Source of the DNA: an uncultured virus (IMG/VR IMGVR_UViG_3300018050_000923) | Taxonomy: Duplodnaviria > Heunggongvirae > Uroviricota > Caudoviricetes | Reading direction: 5' to 3' (one strand) | Length of the DNA: 64,000 nt | IMG/VR virus record: IMGVR_UViG_3300018050_000923 | Shown here: positions 28,201-37,404 of the stretch, piece by piece | Layout of the letters: every line of letters starts with the position of its first letter | Position numbering within the stretch: position 1 is the first letter of the stretch | Made by a program: the position numbers and the translations under genes | The notes under the pieces: model-generated | What the model was told of the DNA's origin: nothing | What the model saw: only the letters and a program-made list of their open reading frames with translations | Database searches by the model: none

Positions 28201-28938
28201 AGGTATTCTGGTTTAGAGTTACGTGGAGACTATGATCCGCTAACGAATCGTGGAGTAGCAATCCCCATCAACAGTGGAAAAACAAATAATTATGAGATTA
28301 TGGCTATGCAGTCTTTAGTTAGATTTAATGGAGATTTCTTCCCATACTCCCCAACTCAAATAATGCAGATTAACTCAAAAACAAAAACTATAAAATTATT
28401 TATGGTTGCAAATCACCCTACTGGTAAACGTGCAAAAATATATGCAATAGATGCAAATACTGGATCTTTATATAATGGAATATCATTTTATTTAAATGGA
28501 AAGATAGTTAAGGAGCCAGTATTAAATATAAATGAGTGGGCAATGCTTGGAATAGGTTTTCCATCTATATTAAACTTCAAAGGATATGCTGGGTCAATAA
28601 TGATAAATGGGCCAATTATTTTTAATAGTTTATCTTATTATCAAACTACAAGTTTGCAAGCAATACAAAATGTAAATAAGAGGCCATGGTCAAGAGTAAA
28701 ATTTGCTCCAGATGGATTTTTTGATTGGGAATACTGGGCTGACGTCGCTATATGGCAGGGAGTATTGGTGCAATCCTCAATTAGTTATTATGGCGTAGAT
28801 CCATCAGACCTATATAAAGCATATACTGGAACTAATAAAATTATAGTTGACGATACCAGAGTTTTTAGTCTTAAAGATTATGAATATGCCATATTTAAAG
28901 ATATACAGTGGCAATCTCAAACCTCTGACGCAGTATAA
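25237..28938 (+). CDS. Large virion protein with LamG-like segment
   Basis: 1233 aa, beta-rich; FTLEFWLR..LLNGEEV; structural context. Confidence 0.6.
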   Translation: MSSPSNLYAEKIYAEHPQFLWALDDKADYVSLISEAQRDTSVWAIDNGISEETEELLDAPFPESIINKIKPSSVIGELFSSTIVSPDLISINDINSALQTFSIGSYFYNIGPYVLSIEIGYRYYDDALENYVDVLKSYDASVQGRWFFISETFSPEQTSLPIKLVIKINYFGQSANIDDYTLYVNGITFGQWCEEFQSTSLGVNTISLPSNIALDTSDVVEAKAYGLTNNSGYYFVNNNSLSAKNFGMPMVFGSQNITKLYNNNNAPSIIIPSDGMMSDGGRYKDFTLEFWLRTNNASSEAKRIVGAISSDDGIYIDGPFIILKINKSYSSYYVGQWERPMLIHWRYTNNLSTILLNGEEVISLAIDSSLITLPDSKNTEDKEQDWIGFYAYENIEPIEIDCIALYTYSVPSVVAKRRFVYGQGVQYPENLNASYGGSSVVFDYAFADYTKNYNYPDLGSWSQGSLDNVLVEDNYITFQNFNTPEIFINSTEKTKEQMLLDCSTIQNEDSYFLKLRPTEDWEGINSYLYFDIFSTLNQPIHAFYGLFKKPLEYSGPEVLIRLEDQNSNYLSIECVGNDIRYIFKKDSNIKTLYEMFSVDNTDVFAVGIEIDVFRDYFGEELLSFFNSSGLTMYVGGTKEFTKTFTGNIYKVAVCSEKNVKDIANLFNELGVPKDYENIFDLYGPNIDYDGGDSDQEFWDYYLNYDTQFDFNASEFLNIRLADHAPSFGVIPKVYFNNFYLDVYSSGSWKDYIPLSYFGQYVTDEYGKSKFGLDFIQFNVNYPAPTKFKETEVIDEDGWTYAELSEEYSYPEQRTYESLDNYLYTGYVDYQDLSERSQKTYSYDTTGAILKTYITFEYLESGANASDGYFINTKDVPKNGVISPGSEWINTKYEVVDNVLIYPPKGVNFNDLAIVVHLDFEVDGILHNPIKVKSLQLASQAFNYNTANNIGTRFGTNVYPYLNNGYYFNYKSKNPFSIYKGSSPYLYLTRYSGLELRGDYDPLTNRGVAIPINSGKTNNYEIMAMQSLVRFNGDFFPYSPTQIMQINSKTKTIKLFMVANHPTGKRAKIYAIDANTGSLYNGISFYLNGKIVKEPVLNINEWAMLGIGFPSILNFKGYAGSIMINGPIIFNSLSYYQTTSLQAIQNVNKRPWSRVKFAPDGFFDWEYWADVAIWQGVLVQSSISYYGVDPSDLYKAYTGTNKIIVDDTRVFSLKDYEYAIFKDIQWQSQTSDAV

Positions 28939-28940
28939 TA

Positions 28941-28949
28941 TGGTATACT
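28941..28949 (+). promoter_or_regulatory. Extended -10 promoter, leaderless-type spacing
   Basis: TGGTATACT-7 nt-ATG (28957). Confidence 0.55.
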
Positions 28950-28956
28950 GGTGGTT

Positions 28957-29361
28957 ATGAAAAAGAACAATCAACCCCTTTTTGGTAAAGATGGAAAGCC
29001 TCGCATGCCTGGTCAGATTGGTGAAACTAAGGTTACAGTAATTGATAAAAAATATGATTGGGGTATTTATGTTTGGAAAAAGTCTAACGGTAAGTGGTTT
29101 ACTGATGGAAACGGAAACATATTAAACATTCCATCAATGAAGGGTGATCTTGCAAGAATTGCAGAATTAAAGCAAGCAGCAGCATATTATGGAGAGCCAG
29201 ACGGGGAGCCATATTTTTTTGCGGGTATGGGAAGAGTAACTGATGAAGAGTATAGCGAGCAGGTAGATAGAATGAAGGCTGGGCTAATACCTAATCTAAA
29301 TGATCTTGGTGCAGTTCAAGCAGCAAAAGATACAATTGCAAAATATGGTGATGAGGAATAA
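28957..29361 (+). CDS. Hypothetical protein coupled to the portal gene
   Basis: ORF; TAATG coupling to portal. Confidence 0.6.
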   Translation: MKKNNQPLFGKDGKPRMPGQIGETKVTVIDKKYDWGIYVWKKSNGKWFTDGNGNILNIPSMKGDLARIAELKQAAAYYGEPDGEPYFFAGMGRVTDEEYSEQVDRMKAGLIPNLNDLGAVQAAKDTIAKYGDEE

Positions 29362-30962
29362 TGTCAGAAGAAAAAGAATATTTGATAGGTGCAAGAATAG
29401 ATAATCCAGTAGATGCATTAGATACTTTTAAAGCATCTGACCCATTTAATCAATCATGGGAAGATTTAAAATCATATAACGGATTAGACAATAACTTTAA
29501 AAGAAGAGCATCTCGTCTTGTAGAAAAAGCAGATAGAAATAATCCAACACAGGGATATCTTGATAGTGCAAGAGCAGAGCAAAGCGGTATTAATGGTGCA
29601 AAATCAAAAGAAATAAATCCTGGCACAGTATATAGAAATGGTTATGGTTTATTTGACGTAATTACACCACCATGGAATGTTTACGAACTTGCAAATTATT
29701 ATGATACATCATTTGCAAATCATGCTGCTATCGATGCTAAAGTAGAAAATATTGTTGGACTTGGATATGATTTTGAAGTTGCTCCAAGCACAATGCTTAG
29801 ACTAGAATCAAATAAAGATAAAGATCAAGTTTCAAGAGCAAGAAATAGAATTGAACGTGCAAAGATTGAAATGCATGAATGGTTAGAATCATTAAACGAT
29901 GATGATTCTTTTACTACAACAATGATGAAAGTTTATACTGATGTTCAAGCAGTAGGAAATGGTTATCTTGAAGTAGGAAGAACCACTCGTGGTGAAATTG
30001 GTTATATTGGACACATTCCAGCAACAACTATGCGTGTTCGTAGATTGCGTGACGGATATGTTCAGATAATCGGAAGCAAGGTTGTTTATTTTAGGAACTT
30101 TGGAGCAAAAAATGCTAATCCAGTAACTTCTGATCCAAGACCTAATGAAATCATACACTTTAAACAGTACTCGCCTTTAAATACTTTTTATGGTGTACCA
30201 GACATAATGTCGGCAATAAACTCGCTCCATGGAGACCAGTTAGCGTCACAATATAACATCGACTACTTTAGTAATAAGGCTGTCCCTCGTTATGTTGTGA
30301 CACTAAAGGGTGCACGACTTTCTGCAGATGCTGAAGATAAGATGTTTAGATTTTTACAAACAAGTCTTAAGGGGCAATCACATAGAACTTTATACATTCC
30401 GCTCCCTGGAGATAGCGATACTAATAAGGTCGAGTTCAAAATGGAGCCTATTGAAAATGGTGTTCAAGAGGGTTCCTTTGAAAGGTATCGTAACCAAAAT
30501 CGTGACGACATTTTAATTGCACATCAAGTTCCATTATCTAAGATAGGTGGAGGAGATTCTGGCTCAATTGCAGCAGCACTTGCACAAGATAGAACATTCA
30601 AAGAGCAAGTCGCAAGACCAGCACAAAGAGAATTAGAAAAAATAGTTAATAAAATTATTAAAGAAAAGACTGATGTTTTAGTCCTTAAGTTTAAAGAATT
30701 AACACTTACAGATGAAATAGCACAATCTCAGATTTTGGAGAGATACGTAAAAACACAGGTAATGCTTCCAAACGAAGCAAGATCCGCACTTGGTCTTCCA
30801 CAAAGAGAGGGGGGGGACGAGCCATTTAATCCTAAGCCAGAACAAATATCAAGCGATAATTCTGATAGGGCAAGGGATTCAGAAAGAACGAATAACCAGT
30901 CTGACGGGGCTGCCACAATAAGCGGTAGAAATCCAAAAGGCGAAGGTAGATCTTCTCAATAG
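29361..30962 (+). CDS. Portal protein (PBSX/HK97-like)
   Basis: GNGYLEV..HIPATTMR..EIIHFK..FYGVPD..YFSNKAVP..IAHQVP..PNEARSALGLP. Confidence 0.88.
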   Translation: MSEEKEYLIGARIDNPVDALDTFKASDPFNQSWEDLKSYNGLDNNFKRRASRLVEKADRNNPTQGYLDSARAEQSGINGAKSKEINPGTVYRNGYGLFDVITPPWNVYELANYYDTSFANHAAIDAKVENIVGLGYDFEVAPSTMLRLESNKDKDQVSRARNRIERAKIEMHEWLESLNDDDSFTTTMMKVYTDVQAVGNGYLEVGRTTRGEIGYIGHIPATTMRVRRLRDGYVQIIGSKVVYFRNFGAKNANPVTSDPRPNEIIHFKQYSPLNTFYGVPDIMSAINSLHGDQLASQYNIDYFSNKAVPRYVVTLKGARLSADAEDKMFRFLQTSLKGQSHRTLYIPLPGDSDTNKVEFKMEPIENGVQEGSFERYRNQNRDDILIAHQVPLSKIGGGDSGSIAAALAQDRTFKEQVARPAQRELEKIVNKIIKEKTDVLVLKFKELTLTDEIAQSQILERYVKTQVMLPNEARSALGLPQREGGDEPFNPKPEQISSDNSDRARDSERTNNQSDGAATISGRNPKGEGRSSQ

Positions 30963-31005
30963 TTTTCCACAGGTTTATTCACAAGTTATTAACATATGTG
31001 TAAAA
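30963..31005. promoter_or_regulatory. Cluster of four DnaA-box-like 9-mers
   Basis: TTTTCCACA, TTATTCACA, TTATTAACA (1 mismatch), inverted TGTGTAAAA versus consensus TT(A/T)TNCACA. Confidence 0.65.
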
Positions 31006-31028
31006 AAGGCTCTATAATATATTCTAGT

Positions 31029-32360
31029 ATGACTATATCTAAAGCCCATTGGGATACCACTGGCGACTCAGTAAGACTTTCCCTTCCATTTGCGAAGGTT
31101 GATAAGGAGAGACGTATCGTCTCTGGTTTTGCATCTCTTGATAATGTTGATAAGCAAGGCGATATAGTTACAGCAGAAGCATCACTAAAAGCATTTTCAA
31201 AATTCCGTGGAAACATTCGTGAAATGCACCAGCCACTTGCTGTTGGTAAGATGGTTAATTTTAAAGAAGATAGATATTTTGATCCAGAATCTAAAAAGTT
31301 TTATTCTGGTGTTTTTGTTTCAGCATATGTATCAAAGGGTGCACAAGATACATGGGAAAAAGTTTTGGACGGTACACTAACAGGATTTTCTATTGGTGGT
31401 CGAATGAATAAGTGGGATGACGGTTATGATGAGAAGTCAGATTCCACAATTAGAATTATTAAAGATTATGATCTTGTTGAGTTATCATTAGTTGATTCTC
31501 CAGCAAATCAGTTTGCAAATATTATGCAAGTTGAAAAGGTTGATGGAGTAGATGTTGTTAAGGGACAAGATGTTGCATTAGAAAATGTTTTTTATGATGA
31601 AGAGTCTGGTTTGGTTATGGTGTCAGAAGAAGAATCTGTAACAAGTCCAGTTAACGGAAATGAAATGAAGAATATAGGGTTCGTTGAAAAAACGGATAAT
31701 GAAAAAATGGATATAGTCAAATTCTTAGTAGATAGTGCTAAAGGCATTGATGCTAAGATTAAGAAGGAGGATAATCCTATGGCAAAAAAGACAAAGGTTG
31801 AAGAAACCGAAGTTACTAAGTCAGAAGAAATCGCTCCAGAGGCAGATGCCGTAGTTGAGGCTCCTGTTGCAGAAGTTACTGAAAAATCTGAAGAGGTTGA
31901 AGTAGCAGAAGATACTGTTGAAAAGTCTGAAGAGACTCCAACAGAAGAAGTTGCAAAGGCTGAAGAATCAGTTGAAGCACCAGCAGCAGAAGTTGCAGCA
32001 GAAGTATCTAAGTCAGATGAAGCAATTGTTGAAGCAGTTGCAGAAATCAAGAATACAATTACATCAGCCTTTAGCGATTTAGTTGAAACTGTAAAGTCTT
32101 TGCAGGCAGAAGTAGAAATGCTTAAGTCTAATAAGGTTGACACAGCAGCAGTAAAGAGTTCACTTGATGCAGTCGCCAAAGACATTGCTGCAACAGTTGA
32201 ACAAGTTGATAGATTTGGAAAGAGAGTAGACGCAGTAGAAGCAGACACTGCTTTCCGAAAGTCTGGCGATCTAGGCGAGATCGTACAGGAACAACCAGCA
32301 ATGGTTGAAAAATCCCTATGGGGCGGACGTTTCCTCAAAACAGCCGACTTATTTAATTAA
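31029..32360 (+). CDS. HK97-type prohead protease fused to an acidic scaffold
   Basis: VSGFAS..VDKQGD..REMH..GFSIGG..ELSLVDSPAN; Glu/Ala-rich coiled C-terminus. Confidence 0.88.
   Translation: MTISKAHWDTTGDSVRLSLPFAKVDKERRIVSGFASLDNVDKQGDIVTAEASLKAFSKFRGNIREMHQPLAVGKMVNFKEDRYFDPESKKFYSGVFVSAYVSKGAQDTWEKVLDGTLTGFSIGGRMNKWDDGYDEKSDSTIRIIKDYDLVELSLVDSPANQFANIMQVEKVDGVDVVKGQDVALENVFYDEESGLVMVSEEESVTSPVNGNEMKNIGFVEKTDNEKMDIVKFLVDSAKGIDAKIKKEDNPMAKKTKVEETEVTKSEEIAPEADAVVEAPVAEVTEKSEEVEVAEDTVEKSEETPTEEVAKAEESVEAPAAEVAAEVSKSDEAIVEAVAEIKNTITSAFSDLVETVKSLQAEVEMLKSNKVDTAAVKSSLDAVAKDIAATVEQVDRFGKRVDAVEADTAFRKSGDLGEIVQEQPAMVEKSLWGGRFLKTADLFN
31779..32360 (+). CDS. Probable nested scaffold protein (internal start)
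   Basis: AAGGAGG-8 nt-ATG in frame at the protease/scaffold boundary. Confidence 0.6.
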   Translation: MAKKTKVEETEVTKSEEIAPEADAVVEAPVAEVTEKSEEVEVAEDTVEKSEETPTEEVAKAEESVEAPAAEVAAEVSKSDEAIVEAVAEIKNTITSAFSDLVETVKSLQAEVEMLKSNKVDTAAVKSSLDAVAKDIAATVEQVDRFGKRVDAVEADTAFRKSGDLGEIVQEQPAMVEKSLWGGRFLKTADLFN

Positions 32361-32383
32361 GTAATCACTTAGGAGGTGACAAT

Positions 32384-33511
32384 ATGTCGGAAGAGATTAA
32401 GAAAAACCAGCCAGGAGAAACTGGCGAACTAGGCGGAACAGCCCCTGGTCTTTATCAAGGTCAAGGTGCATTCGCTTCAGGTGGTGTTGGTGGTGTAACA
32501 GATCCAGGTGCAGATACACTTGGTAACATCCCTAACGCTAACTTTGGTGTTACCACTGGTCCTAATGCCGTAAACCCTTCGGGTGATGCTGCAAGCGGAA
32601 TCCTACGCCCTGAACAGGCACGTCGTTTTATTGACTACGTTTGGGATGCTACCGTTCTCGCCCAAGATGGTCGTCGTGTGACGATGAGAGCAAACACCAT
32701 GGAATTAGAGAAGATTAACGTTGGTGAGCGTGTTATCCGTTCTGCTGCACAAGCAATCGGTAACTACACAAACACTGGTGCAACCTTCTCAAAGGTAGAA
32801 CTTACCACAAAGAAAATCCGTTTGGATTGGGAAGTTTCTGCTGAAGCACTAGAAGACAATGTCGAGGGTGGTGCATTAGAAGATCATCTCGTTCGCTTGA
32901 TGACAAATGCATTCGCAAATGACATTGAAGATCTTGCTATTAATGGTGACGGAACAACCGCACCATTCCTTTCAATTATGCCTGGCTTCATTAAGAAGCA
33001 TCAGGATAATGGAGATTCACATGAGGCAGCAATTACCGTTGCTGACAACGCATGGACTCCAGAAAAAATGCAGGAGATCATCCTTGCTATGCCACGTAAG
33101 TACCGTGCACTTAAGAACAATCTTAAGTTCTATGCAGGTACAGATGCATTCGCAGGTATCGTTAAGAATAACGGTACATTGTCTGATGCAATCGCTGAAG
33201 CACTTGGCAAGAATGGTAATACCTATGCAAATACACAGGCTTACCTAGATGGTCAAGGCCAGACATTCGGTGGAGCACGTACAACTCGTGTTCTCGGAAT
33301 CGATGTACAAGAAGTTCCTTACTACCCTGAAGGATATGTCGATTTGACATTCCCTCAGAACCGTGTATGGGGCTTCCAGCGTGATATCGTTGTAAACCGT
33401 GAATATGTTGCGAAGAAGGATACAATTGAATATACTGTATTCGTTCGCTTCGGTATTCAATGGGAAGAAGAAGACGCTATTGCCTGGGCAGACGCTGCAG
33501 CAGATGCATAA
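32384..33511 (+). CDS. Major capsid protein
   Basis: GILRPEQARRFID..LEDN..FANDIEDLAINGDG..; follows protease; strong RBS, higher GC and biased codons. Confidence 0.88.
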   Translation: MSEEIKKNQPGETGELGGTAPGLYQGQGAFASGGVGGVTDPGADTLGNIPNANFGVTTGPNAVNPSGDAASGILRPEQARRFIDYVWDATVLAQDGRRVTMRANTMELEKINVGERVIRSAAQAIGNYTNTGATFSKVELTTKKIRLDWEVSAEALEDNVEGGALEDHLVRLMTNAFANDIEDLAINGDGTTAPFLSIMPGFIKKHQDNGDSHEAAITVADNAWTPEKMQEIILAMPRKYRALKNNLKFYAGTDAFAGIVKNNGTLSDAIAEALGKNGNTYANTQAYLDGQGQTFGGARTTRVLGIDVQEVPYYPEGYVDLTFPQNRVWGFQRDIVVNREYVAKKDTIEYTVFVRFGIQWEEEDAIAWADAAADA

Positions 33512-33530
33512 TCTGTAGACAGTACCTTTG

Positions 33531-33569
33531 AGAGGGGGCAGGGGTTAATCTCCTCCCCCTCTTATCTTT
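33531..33569 (+). terminator. Intrinsic terminator after MCP
   Basis: AGAGGGGG..CCCCCTCT stem followed by TATCTTT. Confidence 0.7.
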
Positions 33570-33576
33570 AGTATTC

Positions 33577-33585
33577 TGTTATAAT
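33577..33585 (+). promoter_or_regulatory. Extended -10 promoter
   Basis: TGTTATAAT. Confidence 0.55.
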
Positions 33586-33607
33586 AGTTCACATAGGAGG
33601 TTAAATA

Positions 33608-34099
33608 ATGGAAGAAAATAATTTTAATAATGAAGCACCAGTAGAAAACATTGTTGCACCAGAGGCTCCAGTAGAAGAACCAGCAGTTGCTGAACCAGTT
33701 GTTGAGGCTCCTATGCCAGAAACTAAGGTTGAAGAAGTCGCTGCGGAAAATAATATTGAAGCATCAGTATCTGAGGCTACAGAGTCTACAGATGCTATCA
33801 CTACAGCAGATTTGAGCAGATCTTCATCTGATACAGTTCAGTCTGTAGGATCTATTGTAAATGGTGTAATTGGTGTTGCACAAACACCACGACAGGTTAA
33901 AAATGAAAAATCTGTTGCACCAAAAAAGTCTAATAAAACAGTTGCTGTTCATTCTACAAAGAATGTAAGTTTACCTGGAGTTGGCAAGGTATATCGTGGA
34001 TATAATATTGTTACACCAGAGCAGGCTGAAAAATGGTTAGAGCGTAGTCATGTTAGACTTGCTACACCAGAAGAGGTAGCCAAGGAGTTTGGTCGCTAA
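33608..34099 (+). CDS. Hypothetical head-associated protein
   Basis: E/P/A-rich N-terminus, compact C-terminus; AGGAGG RBS. Confidence 0.6.
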   Translation: MEENNFNNEAPVENIVAPEAPVEEPAVAEPVVEAPMPETKVEEVAAENNIEASVSEATESTDAITTADLSRSSSDTVQSVGSIVNGVIGVAQTPRQVKNEKSVAPKKSNKTVAVHSTKNVSLPGVGKVYRGYNIVTPEQAEKWLERSHVRLATPEEVAKEFGR

Positions 34100-34978
34100 A
34101 TGCAAATTCTGAGAGTACCGCCATATAATTTAAGTGTAACTTTAGATGTTGGATCTGCATCCACAGAATATGATTACACCATTACAGATATGGCGGACTC
34201 CTCAGTTATAGAAGATTCAATTACTTCTAATGCAAATTCAAAAGTAGTAATACCACTATCTTCAAAATATGATACAGAATATAAAATAGAAATTGATGGA
34301 GATGAATATTTTATTGATGTAGTCCGCCCGTACATAAATCCAAACGATCACGGAACTACAGCCAGTGAAATTTCAACCTATGCCTCTAACGAAGAATTAG
34401 CCAGAGCAATTATAGATTCTGTATGCGATGTAGAGTTTTATTATAAGAAAAAAATAATTCAAACAACAGGTCAAGGAACAGACTACCTTCCTATTTGGGT
34501 AGATGCTAAAAAGGTTTTAAAGGTTTATGAAAACAACGTATTGCTTTATGATGCAGATGATTTAGAAAACTCTGTTTCAGCATTTGAAATTATTCCAGAT
34601 GGATCTGCAATCACAATGACGTTTAATGATGCAATAAACAGAGATGAGTCTGCTCGTATTTTATTGCCAGCCTCACCGACAGATATTACAGAACTTGATT
34701 ATTCTGCACGAGGATTTCCAAAGACATGGGATTACACAGTTATACTAGAAGTAGGATATAACAAGGTTCCGTCTGATATTGTTAGAGCAACAGAGTTACT
34801 TATTCATGACATCGATTGTGGTAAGTTAGATTATTATAAGCGCTATATCGGTGCCTATAATACAGATCAATTTAGAATTCAGTTTGATAAAGCAGTATTT
34901 GAAGGTACTGGCAATTTAATTGTAGACAAGATACTTGATAAATATCGCAAACCGATTGAGTTCGTCGGGGTACTATAA
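34100..34978 (+). CDS. Head-tail adaptor
   Basis: GYNKVPSDIVRATELLI..VDKILDKYR; position. Confidence 0.6.
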   Translation: MQILRVPPYNLSVTLDVGSASTEYDYTITDMADSSVIEDSITSNANSKVVIPLSSKYDTEYKIEIDGDEYFIDVVRPYINPNDHGTTASEISTYASNEELARAIIDSVCDVEFYYKKKIIQTTGQGTDYLPIWVDAKKVLKVYENNVLLYDADDLENSVSAFEIIPDGSAITMTFNDAINRDESARILLPASPTDITELDYSARGFPKTWDYTVILEVGYNKVPSDIVRATELLIHDIDCGKLDYYKRYIGAYNTDQFRIQFDKAVFEGTGNLIVDKILDKYRKPIEFVGVL

Positions 34979-35427
34979 TGGTAATATGCGAAACTCCAGA
35001 CTTCGCATTTCCTATGCAAGCAGATGTGTATCACCCAATAGTTGAACAGGGTATTTACGGAGAAGTTAAAAAGACTTGGATTTTAGATCGTACAATTGCA
35101 TGTTCATTTGCTCCAGCAGGAACAGCATTTAAAGAAGAGGTAACTCCAAATATTAATATTACACAAGATAAACTATTAATGGGTAGAGTAAAAACAGATA
35201 TCAGAATGTCAAGTTTAGAGGCTCGTAATTCTATTACAAATGTTATTATCACAAACATAAAAGATAAAAACTGTAATGAAATTTATTTAGAAACTTCTGG
35301 GCCACGTGCAGGTAAGTCCACTATATTTGAAATAGCAACACAAGACCCTTTTACAGGTCCTTTTGGAAATATAGAATACTATAAATTAATTATACGTAGA
35401 TCTGAAAATCAGGCGGTAGACGTATGA
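34978..35427 (+). CDS. Head closure/stopper (putative)
   Basis: Size and synteny. Confidence 0.5.
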   Translation: MVICETPDFAFPMQADVYHPIVEQGIYGEVKKTWILDRTIACSFAPAGTAFKEEVTPNINITQDKLLMGRVKTDIRMSSLEARNSITNVIITNIKDKNCNEIYLETSGPRAGKSTIFEIATQDPFTGPFGNIEYYKLIIRRSENQAVDV

Positions 35428-36095
35428 GAGTTGTTATTGATTCTAAGTTATTTAAAAAAGAAATGAACAATATAATTGATTATTCTTTTGGATTTATTGA
35501 AGGAGTTCAAAGAGGAAAGAAAGCGTTGTATGTAGCACTTGGTCCACAAATATCAGAATATGCTTCTCAATTTATAGATGCCAATGCAAGAACTTCTCCA
35601 GAATTACTTCATCATATATATGAGTGGGATCAAACAGGAAGTCCAAAAGCAAGACTATTTGATATAGATTACACCATTAGCAATATAGGACTTACCTTTA
35701 AGTCATCTTTTAAACAATCTACTTCAATTAAAAATGGATCAACTGTTCCATTTTACAATAAAGCACAAATTATGGAAAGTGGTGTTGCTGTAACTATTAA
35801 ACCAAAAAAAGCAAATGTGCTTTCTTTTGAAATAGGCGGAGAGCAAGTATTTACACCTAATCCAGTAAGGGTAGAAAATCCTGGAGGACAAACTCAAGGT
35901 CAATTTGAAAATACTATTAATAATTTTTTTGGCGTATATTTTAGACAATCATTTTTAAGAGCAAGTGGTTTACAGGAAAAATTAAGTTATCCAAAGGTTT
36001 ATAAGAAAAATTTAAATGCAGCAAAACGTAGTGGAAGATCTCTAGGAATAAAGACAGGCTTTCAGTGGGTTGCAAATGCGGGGGTAATTAGATGA
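35424..36095 (+). CDS. Neck/tail completion protein (putative)
   Basis: Synteny; basic C-terminus. Confidence 0.45.
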   Translation: MRVVIDSKLFKKEMNNIIDYSFGFIEGVQRGKKALYVALGPQISEYASQFIDANARTSPELLHHIYEWDQTGSPKARLFDIDYTISNIGLTFKSSFKQSTSIKNGSTVPFYNKAQIMESGVAVTIKPKKANVLSFEIGGEQVFTPNPVRVENPGGQTQGQFENTINNFFGVYFRQSFLRASGLQEKLSYPKVYKKNLNAAKRSGRSLGIKTGFQWVANAGVIR

Positions 36096-36649
36096 CAGAA
36101 TCTACATCAGTATTAAATACACCAGTTTTATGGATTAATTATTATCTAAGAACTAAAATAGAAGAGTTAGCAGGCTTGGAAGATGTACCATTTTTCCCAA
36201 CAGGTCCTTCAACAATAGAAACCCTTCAGAAACAATTTCCAGAGGGTGGAACCATGGCTGTTTATGACCGCATGTTTAAGATGCGCCGTGGCCCATTTCC
36301 ACATATTAAATGTGAGCAAGTTTTATATTATTTTTATGCTAGTGGTTCAGAACCCACAATACAGATGATTAAAATACAGGAAGCCGTAATGAGGCTATTA
36401 GATCGTGGAGATGAAAGTGCACAGGAGTTAAATTCTTGGGTAAAAGGAAAAACCCTTGATGGTATGAGTTGTGAGTTCTTTTTCCATGATTTCAAAATAT
36501 ATCAGTTAGAAGAGTCAAGAGATATAGTCGACTTTGGAACAGCCAGAACTTACGCTGGTAATAAGATTATTATTGATTATGACTATCATCAGTCTACTAC
36601 TAGGTATGATAAAGACGGTAATTTAGTACTTGGGATATTAGGAAATTAA
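36092..36649 (+). CDS. Tail terminator (putative)
   Basis: Synteny before the tail tube gene. Confidence 0.45.
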   Translation: MTESTSVLNTPVLWINYYLRTKIEELAGLEDVPFFPTGPSTIETLQKQFPEGGTMAVYDRMFKMRRGPFPHIKCEQVLYYFYASGSEPTIQMIKIQEAVMRLLDRGDESAQELNSWVKGKTLDGMSCEFFFHDFKIYQLEESRDIVDFGTARTYAGNKIIIDYDYHQSTTRYDKDGNLVLGILGN

Positions 36650-36720
36650 TAAAAAGGCTGTATACTTATCAATGAGGAAACACGCCTTTTAATTTCTAGA
36701 AAAATAAAGAGGTGAAATAA

Positions 36721-37338
36721 ATGGCATATACACGTGGTGATAGTACACAAATCATCGTAGGTGCAGCAGCACTTTTTACGTATGAGGCAGGTCCACTACC
36801 AGAAGCAGGTGCTCTTCCAGGGTACTCTGCTGGTACATCTTACAAAACGACTCTTTCTGATGAAGAAGGTTTCCGTAACGTAGGTTACACAATGAATGGT
36901 TTAGAACTTCAGTTCCAACCAGACTTTGGCGAAGTTGCTGTTGATCAGGTTCTTGACGTTGCCAAGTTGTTTAAGCAAGGCATGCAAGTTAATCTCAACA
37001 CAACATTTGCTGAGGCAACATTGGAAAATCTTTTGTTTGCTCTTGCAGGCAAGGATGATAATCTTACAAATGTAAGTGGTAATCCAACACTTAATCTTTC
37101 AGCAGGCGATATTGGCGAATGTCCAGTAGAGCGTGGTTTGGTTGCAGTAGGTCCAGGAACTGGCGACTGCGCTGACTCAGATTCTATTGAAAGAATTTAT
37201 GTTGCATATCGTGCACTCTCAATCGAGAGCGTAACTGTAGGTGCTAAGCGTGATGAAGCGACAATGTTTGAAGTTTCATTCCGTTTACTACCAAATGATA
37301 ACGCATCATACGGTAAAATCGTAGATCGTTCTCTATAA
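36721..37338 (+). CDS. Major tail tube protein
   Basis: IIVGAAALF..VGYTMNGLEL..VDQ..TTFAEATLENL; own promoter and terminator. Confidence 0.8.
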   Translation: MAYTRGDSTQIIVGAAALFTYEAGPLPEAGALPGYSAGTSYKTTLSDEEGFRNVGYTMNGLELQFQPDFGEVAVDQVLDVAKLFKQGMQVNLNTTFAEATLENLLFALAGKDDNLTNVSGNPTLNLSAGDIGECPVERGLVAVGPGTGDCADSDSIERIYVAYRALSIESVTVGAKRDEATMFEVSFRLLPNDNASYGKIVDRSL

Positions 37339-37358
37339 TACAATTAAATAAAAAGATT

Positions 37359-37385
37359 AGCCCAACCCAAAAGGTTGGGCTTTTC
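37359..37385 (+). terminator. Intrinsic terminator
   Basis: AGCCCAACC-CAAAA-GGTTGGGCT-TTT. Confidence 0.85.
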
Positions 37386-37389
37386 TGTT

Positions 37390-37398
37390 TGATATAAT
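37390..37398 (+). promoter_or_regulatory. Extended -10 promoter, leaderless-type spacing
   Basis: TGATATAAT-6 nt-ATG. Confidence 0.65.
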
Positions 37399-37404
37399 AG
37401 TTAA

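Noticed and set aside
31592..32338. 248-aa minus-strand ORF
   Set aside because: Antisense shadow of the Glu/Ala-rich scaffold codons; Ser/Thr/Ala-rich, no RBS
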